Under the pieces are notes generated by a model, which searched no databases, was not told where the DNA came from, and saw only the letters and a list, made by a program, of their open reading frames with translations. From positions 86,437 to 150,436 of the IMG/VR virus record IMGVR_UViG_3300029922_000014: a DNA stretch of 64,000 nt. One strand, given 5' to 3'. Positions 32,999 through 43,018 of the stretch are shown piece after piece (position 1 is the first letter of the stretch; every line of letters begins with the position of its first letter). This DNA is from a virus. A program made the translations under genes and the position numbers.

Positions 32999-33688
32999 TC
33001 ATTCTACTACTTTCGCGGCTTTGATCTCGCGGGCAGCCTGCCTGACCGCCCGTGGCTTCTGCATCTTCTGCTGAATCGCCTTGGCCAAGTCGGCAGCGCG
33101 GGGTCCGAGCTTTTCGATCAGGTTGCGCACACGTTCACGCGCCAGGGCTTGTTCCTTCGGATCCAGGCCGCCGGTATCTTCCACGTCGATGCGTGCGCTG
33201 GCAATCTCCGCCGGCTTCATGAGCACGTCGAGGTTGCTGTCGGCACGGATGTCGATGCGGACCTTGGATTCTATGCCAAGGCACTCCATGACCTTTTCCG
33301 CGGCGCGAAGCTGCGTTGGGGTGATCCCAGCATCGCGCGTCAGCGGATTGCCGTGGCGGTCCTGCATGATCCTGCCTTCAGGATCGCGGATGTATGTCGG
33401 TCCGGCCATGGCCCGGTTGAGGGTAGACACCGCAGTCGGCGCCAGCCGCGCCAGCCCGCGCTTGGTGCTGAACTGGACACGGGATTGGATCGCCTCCTGA
33501 TTGTCGAACTCGTGCTTGAGCAAGTCGAGTTGCGTCCGCACCTCAGGACGATTGAGGAAGTCGCTGACCTGCGTGATGGTCCAGCCAAGCTCGACAAGAA
33601 CAGACGCCCCACGCGAAAAGAGTTCGACGACTACGCCTCGCTCTTCCGGTGAAAGCTGCGCCTGTGCAATGGCGACTTCGGACGACAT
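32999..33688 (-). CDS. Hypothetical protein, terminase small subunit candidate
   Basis: Helical protein immediately upstream of terL; position only. Confidence 0.4.
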   Translation of the reverse strand: MSSEVAIAQAQLSPEERGVVVELFSRGASVLVELGWTITQVSDFLNRPEVRTQLDLLKHEFDNQEAIQSRVQFSTKRGLARLAPTAVSTLNRAMAGPTYIRDPEGRIMQDRHGNPLTRDAGITPTQLRAAEKVMECLGIESKVRIDIRADSNLDVLMKPAEIASARIDVEDTGGLDPKEQALARERVRNLIEKLGPRAADLAKAIQQKMQKPRAVRQAAREIKAAKVVE

Positions 33689-34089
33689 CAGATTTTCTTT
33701 TCCTTGAGCGCTTGCTTGAGGCTGGTGGCCGGGATGAACCGAACATACCGACGCGCGGGAACACGCCGCAGGGTATCGCCGCCGGCCTCGCGATAGTTGG
33801 TCGGCTTCTTGACGTACGGTTCGAGCGTGCCGACGTTGACCAGTGACACGGTGCGACCGGTCTGGATGGCCTCCGTGATCACGCCGAGCAATGCGGTCCA
33901 GGCAGCGGTCGCTTGCAGCTTGGTGCAGGCCTTCTTGCCCAGGGTATGGCGCAGGACCTTTTCGAGGTGCCCACTACCGACCCGGCCGCCGACGGGGATG
34001 TCCGTCAGAAGGTCAGGGGCATCAGTGTCGGTGTCGGCATCAGCATCGTCCGCCACTGCGGTATCGACTTTGTCTTCGTCTTCGTTCAT
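33688..34089 (-). CDS. HU-like DNA-binding protein
   Basis: ITEAIQTGRTVSLVNVGTL...RRVPARRYVRFIPATSLKQAL. Confidence 0.8.
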   Translation of the reverse strand: MNEDEDKVDTAVADDADADTDTDAPDLLTDIPVGGRVGSGHLEKVLRHTLGKKACTKLQATAAWTALLGVITEAIQTGRTVSLVNVGTLEPYVKKPTNYREAGGDTLRRVPARRYVRFIPATSLKQALKEKKI

Positions 34090-34096
34090 GGGGATC

Positions 34097-34597
34097 TCAC
34101 AGGGTAGAAGGAGGGGTGGATGACGTCAGAACGTCCAGTGGCAACACGACAGCATCATTGAACATAATCCGCGGTGTTGGTTCAGGACCAATGCGGTGCA
34201 TGTTGAAAAACGCTGCCTTGGACAACAGGGCAAGATCGGGTGACCGATTCTTGGAAAAGATAAGGAGTGGCGTGAGTTCAGCTTCTACGGCTTGCCGCTT
34301 CGCCTGTTCCCACCACATCCACGGCCCCCACTTTGAACTGGTCATCGCAATGCCCAAGTCCCAATTGGCTTCCACTTTCTTGAGTTCAATGCACCACGGC
34401 ACCTTGATGCGTGGATCATGAATCAGGTCCCGGCCCCCCACCCAGGTACTGATCAGATTGCTGTCGTCCGCTTCCCTCCGCCGAAACAAAAGATTGGTCG
34501 TCGACATATCCTTGAACGACGGTCCCCCATACCAGATCGACATCTTTCGTGCGATCTCGTTCTCGTAGCTGTTTCCCTTGCGTCGTCCGTCGGTCAT
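34097..34597 (-). CDS. Holliday junction resolvase (Hjc-like PD-(D/E)XK)
   Basis: GRRKGNSYENEIA, GRDL, CIELKK, WWEQA, PLLIFSKNR. Confidence 0.8.
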   Translation of the reverse strand: MTDGRRKGNSYENEIARKMSIWYGGPSFKDMSTTNLLFRRREADDSNLISTWVGGRDLIHDPRIKVPWCIELKKVEANWDLGIAMTSSKWGPWMWWEQAKRQAVEAELTPLLIFSKNRSPDLALLSKAAFFNMHRIGPEPTPRIMFNDAVVLPLDVLTSSTPPSTL

Positions 34598-34601
34598 ATG
34601 G

Positions 34602-36491
34602 TCAGTGTGCCGCGGAGAGCGTAGTGGTTTTCGCGCCATGCGCAACAACAACGGAAGAGCCGCCGCGGTCGACCACAGAGAACACGACATCCGCCGCAGC
34701 TTTTATGCGTTCGTCGTGGGTCACCATGATCACCGGGCAGGTCGCTGCGGTTTCTTTCAGAATGTCGATCACGTAGGAGCAACCCTGACGATCGAGCCCG
34801 TCAAAAATCTCGTCGACGAAAAGCTGGTTGAATGGCTTGACGGTCCGGGACGCCAGGAGGTCCCGGAAAGCGCAGAGAAGCGAAACATCGAACCGGCGCT
34901 TCTGCCCCTTGCTCGCGCCGTGGTACAGGTCGGTCTTGCCGGGAATGACGGCCTCGACGGACAGTTCCTCGCGGTAGACATCGCGCTTGGTCTTGAGTTC
35001 CCGGGTAGCATGGAGGCGCAGGATCGCCCCGGGTCCGAGGAGACGTTGCGCGTAGGCCGTGGCCCTGCGGTTGATCTCAGGTATCTCGGATTCGATCAGG
35101 AAGCTCTTGATCCCGGAGTTGCCAAATGCTTCGATCCAGAACAGGAGTTGATCCTGGCGCCCGCGCAGTTCGGCCTGTTCTTCGGTCAGCTTGAGGAGCT
35201 TGTTGCGCCCAATGGCGATCTCGGATTCAAGTGCAGTCACAGCGGCGCGGTCCTGGGACATGCGAGACTTCAACGATGCCACGCGTTCGCGCAGGGTGGC
35301 AGCTTCGGCCCGGAGGCGGCTCAACTCTTCGTCTTTGTGGGCAATTGCAGCCGCGTAAAGGCCTGCCCAGCGATCATTCGGTTGCAGCACGTCCGCCAGG
35401 GAGTCCTGCGCCGTTCTGGCCTCTGTGAGCCTCCGTTTGGCATCTGCAAGCTGGGGCGCCAAAGCTTCGATCGAATCACGCAGGGCGCGGACGTTCATGT
35501 CCGCGTGGCTGGCTTTGACTTCCTGCTCGCAAGCGGGACAGCGACTGCCGGTCATGTTCGCCCACGACGCCATCTCTTTCTTCTGCGCACTGAGCCTGAC
35601 TTCGGTGCGAGCGATCTCACCAGAGATGGTGGAGATGATGTCGGTGTGCGCACTGCGCTGCGCGTTGATGGCGGCCTGCTTGACCGCGACTTCACGGCGG
35701 CGAATGGTGATGGCAGCGGCGGCTTTTTGCTGACGCTCGACAAGACGAGCACGATCGACGGTCGTTCGGATTGACATCGCGTTAGTCCGACGAAGCCGAG
35801 CCTGCGCACGGATGAAGTCGAAGGACACTTCGCTATTGTCCTGGTTCGCCTTCTCCTGAAGGACTTGCAGGCGCACGTTCTGATTCTCCAGCACCGCAGT
35901 CACCGACGCGATCTCCGTGTCGATGCGGTCGAGGTTCGGCTGGATCATCTTGGAGTCAGAAGCGGCGAGCTTGCGCGCATCCTCATACAGTTCGAGGCAC
36001 AGCATCTTGTCAAAGATGCGTTTACGGTCGCTGTCGTCGGCGGAGAAGAACGACTTCACCTCTTCGCGCACGCCGAAAGCGACCACGTTCATGAAGCTCA
36101 GGTAGTCGACACCGATCATCTGCACGATCGCGGCGTCGGTCTGCGCGTTGGTTCCGCGAGTGACTTCAACGTCATCGACGAAGAGGCGCACGTTGTCGCG
36201 GTGCTTCGGGTGCTTGCGGTAACGGATGCAGCGGATCCTGGTTTTTCCGTCGGTGATGTTGACGGACACATACGTACCGCCCGTGGAGTCGTGCCGGATG
36301 ATGTTGTCGCCGTCGTACTTCGGCCGAATACACTTACTATAGAGTGAAAAACTAATACCGTCGAACAGGGCACTTTTGCCCATGCCGTTATCACCCTCAA
36401 TGAGGGTCAATCCAGTCTTCGCAAAGTCGAAGCTCGTCTGCTCGAAGAACATGAAGTTGCCGTAGTCGACCAACCCAATGACAAAGCTCAC
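34602..36491 (-). CDS. SbcC/Rad50/gp46 recombination ATPase
   Basis: GDNGMGKS, coiled coil with CPAC hook, SKGQKRR signature, LFVDEIFDGLD, VTH. Confidence 0.92.
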   Translation of the reverse strand: MSFVIGLVDYGNFMFFEQTSFDFAKTGLTLIEGDNGMGKSALFDGISFSLYSKCIRPKYDGDNIIRHDSTGGTYVSVNITDGKTRIRCIRYRKHPKHRDNVRLFVDDVEVTRGTNAQTDAAIVQMIGVDYLSFMNVVAFGVREEVKSFFSADDSDRKRIFDKMLCLELYEDARKLAASDSKMIQPNLDRIDTEIASVTAVLENQNVRLQVLQEKANQDNSEVSFDFIRAQARLRRTNAMSIRTTVDRARLVERQQKAAAAITIRRREVAVKQAAINAQRSAHTDIISTISGEIARTEVRLSAQKKEMASWANMTGSRCPACEQEVKASHADMNVRALRDSIEALAPQLADAKRRLTEARTAQDSLADVLQPNDRWAGLYAAAIAHKDEELSRLRAEAATLRERVASLKSRMSQDRAAVTALESEIAIGRNKLLKLTEEQAELRGRQDQLLFWIEAFGNSGIKSFLIESEIPEINRRATAYAQRLLGPGAILRLHATRELKTKRDVYREELSVEAVIPGKTDLYHGASKGQKRRFDVSLLCAFRDLLASRTVKPFNQLFVDEIFDGLDRQGCSYVIDILKETAATCPVIMVTHDERIKAAADVVFSVVDRGGSSVVVAHGAKTTTLSAAH

Positions 36492-37492
36492 GACAGCCCC
36501 TTCGCTCTCTCCAGCAGTTCATTGCCGAGTTTGGACAGGTGCCCACCCGGATCAGGCAGATCGCGGTATTTCAGATAGGCGGTGATGATGTCGCCGTGGG
36601 TGTGGCTGGTGCGGATGTCGATCCGCGGCGGGGCTCCTGGCGCTTCGGAATAGCTCGACCTGACGATGCGGGCATGTTCGACCTTGGCCTTGATCTTCAG
36701 GTAGGTCGCGTGGTCCGGAGCGTCGATCCAGATGAAGTCGTTTTCGCCAACCTCCGGGACCGCGAAGGAGTCGGTGATCTTATAGAACCGCGGGCTGACG
36801 GTGTTCTCGACGAATGACAACGTGTCAGTCTCGGTATCGAGGATGCGCACCCCGCGCTTCCCGCCGCAGTCACCAAAGTCCAATTGCATCGGGGAGCCGA
36901 TGTAGTGGATGTTGTCGGTATCCTTCGGTGCGTGCACGTCACCCAGCAGAACACGCTTCCAGGACCGGGGCTTGAGCGCTTCGATCGGCAGAGTTTTGGC
37001 GGACTTGTGGACGGCGCCGTCGATCAGGGCATGCGCCAGCAGGTAGTCGCAATGCGATTCCTCGGCGGCCTGGGCGATGTCTTCGGCCAGTTGGGTGTTG
37101 TCGTCCGTCCAGGGCATGAGCATGAACGGCGGCATCATGAATGGCTGATCAATCACCTCACCGCTGCCGAGAAAAATCTGCATCGAATTGATGCCGGGCG
37201 TACGCAGGTAAGAATCGTGGTTCCCGACGATGAAGCACAGATCGACGCTTTGCGATGTTTCATGCACGACGCGGCAGAGGCGGTCCAGCACCGACATGTC
37301 GATGCTGGTGCGGGAGTCGATGAAGTCCCCGACCACGAAGATACGCTCGCACTTCTGGTCGATCGCGATTTTGGTCATCCACCGCCAGCAGTCGAGCATA
37401 TCGGTCAAACGCGTCGAAACGCCGTCGACGCCGATCGTCGAAAGACCGGCGTAGGTATCGAACTGCCAGTCGGCGGTGAGCAGAACTTTCAC
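36488..37492 (-). CDS. SbcD/Mre11/gp47 metallophosphoesterase nuclease
   Basis: TADWQ, VGDFID, VGNHD, LGDVH, YIGSPMQLDFGD. Confidence 0.9.
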   Translation of the reverse strand: MKVLLTADWQFDTYAGLSTIGVDGVSTRLTDMLDCWRWMTKIAIDQKCERIFVVGDFIDSRTSIDMSVLDRLCRVVHETSQSVDLCFIVGNHDSYLRTPGINSMQIFLGSGEVIDQPFMMPPFMLMPWTDDNTQLAEDIAQAAEESHCDYLLAHALIDGAVHKSAKTLPIEALKPRSWKRVLLGDVHAPKDTDNIHYIGSPMQLDFGDCGGKRGVRILDTETDTLSFVENTVSPRFYKITDSFAVPEVGENDFIWIDAPDHATYLKIKAKVEHARIVRSSYSEAPGAPPRIDIRTSHTHGDIITAYLKYRDLPDPGGHLSKLGNELLERAKGLS

Positions 37493-37688
37493 GGCACCAC
37501 CACAACAGTCAGGTTCCGCGCCATCCGCATCCAACGCCCATCAGCGCTCAACACATCGCGACGCAGGTCGGTAGGCAGATAACCTGGATACTCCGCGCTG
37601 CCGCGGACCGTGCGAACCGGCGGAAGAATCCTGCCATTTTTTGCCACGACACGAAACTTGTCGCCGGGCTTGAGGTCATTGAGCGCCG

Positions 37689-38078
37689 TCATGCGAACTG
37701 CCCGATGCGCATGTCCAAGCCGACGCGCTGGGACACTTCGTCCCACTTATCGGCGGTCGCCTTGCCAAGGTCGATGCCGAGACGGAAGGCGAGGATGTCG
37801 AGGTAGACCACGACATCGGCCAGTTCCTTCGCCAGCATGATCCTCCGTGACTCCTCGGGCAGATTGTCGAGGTCGCCGCGCCGGATCTTCTTCTTGAGGT
37901 TGGCGTATTCCCCCAACTCACCCAGCACCGCTTCGAGCCATTCGGCGTCGGACCAGTCGGAACCGTCCGCCACGTGGACCACCTTGCCGAGGGCATCCTT
38001 GAAAAGCGGGAGGCGCGCGACGTTGGCACGGCGCAGGGCGGCGAAGGTGAGGGGGTTGAGTTCGTCGGAGATGGACAT
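37689..38078 (-). CDS. MazG-like NTP pyrophosphohydrolase
   Basis: GELGEYANLKKK...KELADVVVYLDILA. Confidence 0.85.
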   Translation of the reverse strand: MSISDELNPLTFAALRRANVARLPLFKDALGKVVHVADGSDWSDAEWLEAVLGELGEYANLKKKIRRGDLDNLPEESRRIMLAKELADVVVYLDILAFRLGIDLGKATADKWDEVSQRVGLDMRIGQFA

Positions 38079-38080
38079 GG

Positions 38081-39082
38081 TTATTTCCTGTCGGGCCATG
38101 CGCAGTTGACGGTCTCGAAGATGACGGCTTCTGAGACAAAGTCGTTCTTGCGAATCTTCTTGGCAAACTCGTCGAAGCGACGCTGACTCCAACCGGCATT
38201 CTCAATCGCGATTCGCGCGCAGTGACAACCGGCAAGCATCCCACCCAAAATCAACAACTCCACCTTGCTGAGATTGATACCGTCGATGAAGTGGTCTTTG
38301 TAGCTGGCCCATGCAGCAGGAAACAGCACTTCCGTGACGCGAGCAATGGCATCAGCGAACACGCGAATCTCAAACTGCGCATGCTTATCTGTGCGCAGAC
38401 GCAGGTAGTTCAGCAGATTCTTGAGGTCGCACTTCCACACGCACTGGGTGTAAATGTTCACACCGAGAACCATGCGGGCTTGCTCACGGGCAATTCCCGG
38501 AATCTTGAGACCGCTGGCACCGTGTTCATCGTTGATACCGCTGAGCAACGCCTGATAGAGCCCGTAGCTGTTGTCGTTATGCTCCTTGAGCCAATCGTAG
38601 AGCCTATGCGCAATCTTCGGATCCAGTTCATATTGAATGGTGGCCTGCTTGTTCACCGTCGTATTCATCGCCCAGTGCTCGGGCTTCGGAACGTAGAAGT
38701 CGCTGGCCAGTTCTGAATATCGCGCGCTCTCCTCATTCAAAGAGGCAGTGCGATGACGAACGTGCTGCCGCATAACAAAGATCGGCAGACGGATGTGGAA
38801 CTTCAACTCCCCCATCTCAATCGGGCTGGTGTGTTGGTTTCGGATGAGGTGGTCAATAAGGGCAGCGTCGGCGCTTACCTTGCGGGTACCTTTCTGGTAA
38901 CTGATACGCGCAGCGTCGGCCAGAGCAAAGTCGCAACCAACAGCGTCAGTCGGAATCAGACGCGGCATGCAATCCAGCACCTTGACGAATCCATGATCGA
39001 GGCACGGCTGATCAAGCAAATTGACAGGCAGACGCGAGAGAGCGTCAACAACAGCGTCGCCAGTAATCGGATCAGTGAACAT
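38081..39082 (-). CDS. thyX: Flavin-dependent thymidylate synthase
   Basis: AARISY, HTSPIE, RHRTASLNEESARY, AREQARMVL, HAQFEIR. Confidence 0.95.
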   Translation of the reverse strand: MFTDPITGDAVVDALSRLPVNLLDQPCLDHGFVKVLDCMPRLIPTDAVGCDFALADAARISYQKGTRKVSADAALIDHLIRNQHTSPIEMGELKFHIRLPIFVMRQHVRHRTASLNEESARYSELASDFYVPKPEHWAMNTTVNKQATIQYELDPKIAHRLYDWLKEHNDNSYGLYQALLSGINDEHGASGLKIPGIAREQARMVLGVNIYTQCVWKCDLKNLLNYLRLRTDKHAQFEIRVFADAIARVTEVLFPAAWASYKDHFIDGINLSKVELLILGGMLAGCHCARIAIENAGWSQRRFDEFAKKIRKNDFVSEAVIFETVNCAWPDRK

Positions 39083-39091
39083 AATATTTCC

Positions 39092-39700
39092 TTACAGCCA
39101 AGGTGCGGTTTGAACGATGGACTTGAACACGATCTCGGCGGAGAAGGTCGGCACGCTGGTGTCGTAATAGTCGATGGTGAAGTCGTGCGCCGCGAGATAG
39201 GCGAGGATGTTGTAGACCATCGGAATGTCACCATGCAGCCGCGCCTGCGCCAGCTTCATCCGCTCTGTATCGAGTTCGTCACGGGCAGTGACGCGCTTCT
39301 CGCGCACGTCGGGCGGTGCCCAAAGATGCACGAACATGCTGCGGTAGGGCAGCGCGATGGCGTCGTGCATCTGCTGCCAATCCCGCGGCTGCCCGTCGAT
39401 CAGAATGACCTTCTTGCCTGCGGCGGTGTGGGCGCTGATCCCATCGACACACATCTTCCACGCTTCAACCGCGGTGTGCGCCGGGGCTGCTTGGCCTTGA
39501 AAGTGGGATGGCGGATACTTCGCCCGCATCATCTTTCCGACTTCGACCAGCCCGACGGTGGACTTCTTGCCCAGTTCCGCCAGGAGCGTGGTCTTGCCGA
39601 CACCGTTCGGTCCCAGGATCCACGCCAACACAGGGCGCGTCCAAAAGGCCATGTCGACTTCGTAGGGGGATATTTTGGGTTCAGCGGTCGCGGTGTTCAT
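39092..39700 (-). CDS. Nucleoside monophosphate kinase (adenylate kinase-like)
   Basis: GPNGVGKTT, VGKMMR, ILIDGQPR. Confidence 0.75.
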   Translation of the reverse strand: MNTATAEPKISPYEVDMAFWTRPVLAWILGPNGVGKTTLLAELGKKSTVGLVEVGKMMRAKYPPSHFQGQAAPAHTAVEAWKMCVDGISAHTAAGKKVILIDGQPRDWQQMHDAIALPYRSMFVHLWAPPDVREKRVTARDELDTERMKLAQARLHGDIPMVYNILAYLAAHDFTIDYYDTSVPTFSAEIVFKSIVQTAPWL

Positions 39701-39706
39701 GGGTCC

Positions 39707-40612
39707 TCAGATGTCCAAGCGGATCTTGTAGCGGCGACCGTCCATCTCGGTTTCGGTCGGGCCAACCCACGTGGCAGGGATGATGACGGTCTTGCCCTTC
39801 ATCGCGGAATAGCGCTCTGCGTTGTAGGTGCGGAAGTGCCGGCGGCGGGCATGGGAACCCGGGCTGCTATGTGAACCGCGCAGGCTGGGAAGCAGATGCT
39901 GGATCTCGCGAGGGTACAGCGTGGTGTAGCGCGGGCGGTCGTCGCTGCGCAGGATCTTTCCGGCCTTCTTCGCCTTATCGGGTGACCGCGCCTTCATGGA
40001 CAGGGACTCAACCACGAAGCGCGCTGGCTGGTTGAACCAGCACACCTCTTCGATGGCAGCCCCGACGTTGCGGATGGCGCTTGCTTCGATGCCTGCGAAT
40101 GCAGTCACGGAGCGGTTGCGCTGCTGCGGCAGGATGATCTGGTCCTTGGTCACTGCCGCCCACCATTCGAGGTTGCCGGCGAGGGTGACGGGGTTGCGTT
40201 CGGCAGTCGGCTGGAATTGATAGCTGGACAGGGTTCCAACGGTGATGACGTAGGTGTCGGAGGGAACACCCTTGTCCTTGAAGAACGCGGTGCTGGGGCT
40301 GGGAGTCGAATCTGCGAACTCGCCTTCCGTGCCGAAGATCGGGTAGCATTCGATGAACGTGCGTGGTTTTGAAAAACCGACCTGCGCTTCATCCTCGTCT
40401 TCGATCAGGATGCAGGAGGCAGTGTCTTCGATCGCGGTGCAGTGGAACGGGAGGAAGAAGCTGTCGACCAGTTCTTTCACATCGCCATATTCCATTTCTT
40501 TCAGGATCTCGTGCGCGCGGCCAGGGAAGCTGAAGAGGGCGGCGGATTCGCACATCGCCCGGAGTGGCGGGATATGACGTTCAGCAAAGCCGCAGAGTTT
40601 ATCGAAAATCAT
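39707..40612 (-). CDS. Hypothetical protein
   Basis: 301-aa ORF with C-terminal SPGSHARRRHFR...WVG, under a Box A/B promoter. Confidence 0.7.
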   Translation of the reverse strand: MIFDKLCGFAERHIPPLRAMCESAALFSFPGRAHEILKEMEYGDVKELVDSFFLPFHCTAIEDTASCILIEDEDEAQVGFSKPRTFIECYPIFGTEGEFADSTPSPSTAFFKDKGVPSDTYVITVGTLSSYQFQPTAERNPVTLAGNLEWWAAVTKDQIILPQQRNRSVTAFAGIEASAIRNVGAAIEEVCWFNQPARFVVESLSMKARSPDKAKKAGKILRSDDRPRYTTLYPREIQHLLPSLRGSHSSPGSHARRRHFRTYNAERYSAMKGKTVIIPATWVGPTETEMDGRRYKIRLDI

Positions 40613-40627
40613 GGTTACCTGGGGGGA

Positions 40628-40677
40628 ATGATAGTTGAACTGACACGGTGTCAATCATTGTTTTCCGCGTAGTGCGG
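40628..40677 (-). promoter_or_regulatory. Promoter with Box A and Box B
   Basis: TTGACA 40654-40649, 15-bp spacer, TATCAT 40633-40628; Box B 40665. Confidence 0.8.
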
Positions 40678-41614
40678 AGATTCGCGCAAAGGGCGCAACA
40701 AACTTGCTGCGATGGGCGATGACATTGTCGAGACCGATCTTCGCCGCGAATCGCAAGAATCGCGTCTGATCGAACTCAAGTTCTTTCCCCTTCGCTTCGC
40801 AGTAGCAGGACTCGGAAAGGTCGATCCCGCGCATTTCATTCTCAAGTCGGCTGTGACTGTTGATGATGTTCGTGTATGCCTTCGCGCGTCCTTTAGCCGC
40901 GATTCCCGCCAAGCGTTTCACGAGCATTTCAAGCTGTTGCAGTGGAGTCAGATAGGTGACGTCGGTTCCCTCTTCCGCTTCGATCTCTGCCCACTCCATC
41001 ACGAGCTTCGGGGCGATCTTCTTGCCGCAACCGGCGGCGCCTCCGAGAGAGTCCGACGGGTCACCCAGCAGGGTCTTCATCAGCAGGTAGAGGTATGGAG
41101 GAACCCCAGCGTTCTCGCGAAAGTTGAGATGATCCGTCAGGCGTTCGCCGTCAAACACGGAACCACCCATGCCGACCACCTGGAACAGGTCACGATCGTT
41201 GCTGTAGACCACCGGTCTGCCCGTCGCCATGTTCTGCCTGACGATCGACGCACAGAGGTCATCGGCCTCAAAACCCAGCATCTTACAGACGGGAATACCA
41301 ACGGCGCGGCACAGGTCCTCACAGTTGACAAGCTCCTCATGGATCGCTTCGAGCACTTCGGGCGCGAGTTCCTTGCGGTTCTTGATCCGGCTCTCTTTGT
41401 AGTTGGGAATGAGGTCGGTGCGGTGCTTGGGAACGCCATTGTCGAAGCAGGCGTAAATCTGCGTAGTCTCCGGATGCAGTTCGAGAAAGCCGACAATAGC
41501 GCGCAAGAAGGCGTTCGGGCCACCGGACCTGACCTGCGCAACGATGTCGCCATCTATTGCAGCCATAATTCCACGCATTGCCAAATTATTGGAGTCGAGG
41601 ATCAAAACGGTCAT
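40655..41614 (-). CDS. 5'-3' exonuclease / T4 RNase H-like flap endonuclease
   Basis: LILDSNNL, CFD, NYKESR, FEADD, SNDRDL, LGDPSDSLGG..GCGKKIA. Confidence 0.9.
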   Translation of the reverse strand: MTVLILDSNNLAMRGIMAAIDGDIVAQVRSGGPNAFLRAIVGFLELHPETTQIYACFDNGVPKHRTDLIPNYKESRIKNRKELAPEVLEAIHEELVNCEDLCRAVGIPVCKMLGFEADDLCASIVRQNMATGRPVVYSNDRDLFQVVGMGGSVFDGERLTDHLNFRENAGVPPYLYLLMKTLLGDPSDSLGGAAGCGKKIAPKLVMEWAEIEAEEGTDVTYLTPLQQLEMLVKRLAGIAAKGRAKAYTNIINSHSRLENEMRGIDLSESCYCEAKGKELEFDQTRFLRFAAKIGLDNVIAHRSKFVAPFARISALRGKQ

Positions 41615-41708
41615 GTGTCTCTCCCGAAAGAAATGTCTCACCCAAAAGAAACTCCGGGTGGTTCGCACCCGGAGCTTGAACAACCAACAAAACCAGACGA
41701 TTTTCCGA

Positions 41709-42899
41709 TCAGGTCGCCGCAGCGGCCTCGGCCGCTTCCGCACCTTCCGTGGCAGCCGGAGCCGGCGGGGTGTACTTCTTCGCCTCGGCCTTGACGGCGT
41801 TGGTGAAGAGGGCCACGACCTTCTTGTCCTGGGCGGACTCGGGGTTGTGGGCCGGCAGGACCGGGGTTTCGAGGGTGCCGCGGTCCCAGAAGGCGAAGGC
41901 GAGGTTGCCGCGCATCTCGTGGAACTCGCTGGTCCCTTCCTCGTTGGTGCCGAGGGCCTGGATGTAGTAGTAGGCGATCTTGCTGATCATCTCCTGCTTG
42001 GCCTTGCTGGACTTCCAGGTGACCAGATTCGCCGCGCGGTCGGCCCCGGTGCGCCGGTTGTTGGCCTTGCCGTCGGTGGTCGTGGTGTCGGCGCCGGCCG
42101 CCGCCTGCGCGGTGCGGGCGATTTCCTTGGCGGCCTGACGGATCTTCGGCGCGGTGACCGCGTCCTTGAGGCGTTCGGCCACCGCGGTGCGGGTGGTCTC
42201 GTCGAGCTTGGACAGTTCCAGGGCGCTGGCGACCGGCAAGGAGCCGTCGGCCACGCGGGTCTGGATGTCGGCCGGGGCCTCGACGATGTTCAGGCAGCGA
42301 CGGACCTTGCCGATGTTGTGGCCGGTTTCCTTGGCGATGTTCTCGGGGGTCCAGTCGTTCGCCTTGCCGAGGTCACGGAAGACGTTGCCGAGTTCGATCG
42401 GGTTGAGGGCGACGCGGAGACCTTCATTGTTTTCCGCGATGGCGATGGCCTTCGCCTTGGCCTTGTTTTCGGGCGCGTCGTCGAGGTCGGTGCGGACGGT
42501 GGTGTTGATGGTTTCCCAGCCCAATTTCTGGGCGGCCAGGAGACGCCGATGGCCGGCGACGACATAGAACTTGCCGACGGTTTTCGGATGCGGACGGACG
42601 ACGATGTTCTGCAACTGCCCGTGGCGCTTCATGTTGTCCGCGAGTTCTTCGACCGCCGCCTCGTCGATGGTCTTGCGCGGGTTGAAGTTGGCTTCGACCG
42701 CGATCAGCGCGACGGGGAGGAGGGTGGCGAGCGTTTTCTTCGCGCTGCCGCCGCCCTTAACGTCGCCGGATTCGATGTTGACGCCGTTGACGGTGACTGC
42801 GACCGGCGCGGAGGCTTCGGCTTTCGCGGGGGCGGGGGTGGGTTTCTTCGGGGCTGCCGCAGGGGCGGCGGTGGTGGTTTCGTCCTTGGCCTTGGCCAT
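41709..42899 (-). CDS. ParB/Spo0J/KorB-family protein (CTPase domain plus HTH)
   Basis: NFNPRKT, HGQLQNIVVRP, VVAGHRRLLA, AIAENN.R..LNPIE, HTH WTPENIAKETGHNIGKVRRCL. Confidence 0.9.
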   Translation of the reverse strand: MAKAKDETTTAAPAAAPKKPTPAPAKAEASAPVAVTVNGVNIESGDVKGGGSAKKTLATLLPVALIAVEANFNPRKTIDEAAVEELADNMKRHGQLQNIVVRPHPKTVGKFYVVAGHRRLLAAQKLGWETINTTVRTDLDDAPENKAKAKAIAIAENNEGLRVALNPIELGNVFRDLGKANDWTPENIAKETGHNIGKVRRCLNIVEAPADIQTRVADGSLPVASALELSKLDETTRTAVAERLKDAVTAPKIRQAAKEIARTAQAAAGADTTTTDGKANNRRTGADRAANLVTWKSSKAKQEMISKIAYYYIQALGTNEEGTSEFHEMRGNLAFAFWDRGTLETPVLPAHNPESAQDKKVVALFTNAVKAEAKKYTPPAPAATEGAEAAEAAAAT

Positions 42900-42969
42900 G
42901 GCGGACTCCTTTGCCGGTGTTCCGGCGACTTTGGGCTGTTGCAGCGGGTTTGCTGCGTTGAGGACGTGG

Positions 42970-43018
42970 ACTGTACGCGGATTGACATCGTGTCAATCGG
43001 ATTTGCCGCGTTACGCGG
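42970..43018 (-). promoter_or_regulatory. Promoter of the ParB-like gene, with Box A and Box B
   Basis: TTGACA 42996-42991, 15 bp, TACAGT 42975-42970; Box A 42983; Box B 43006. Confidence 0.8.
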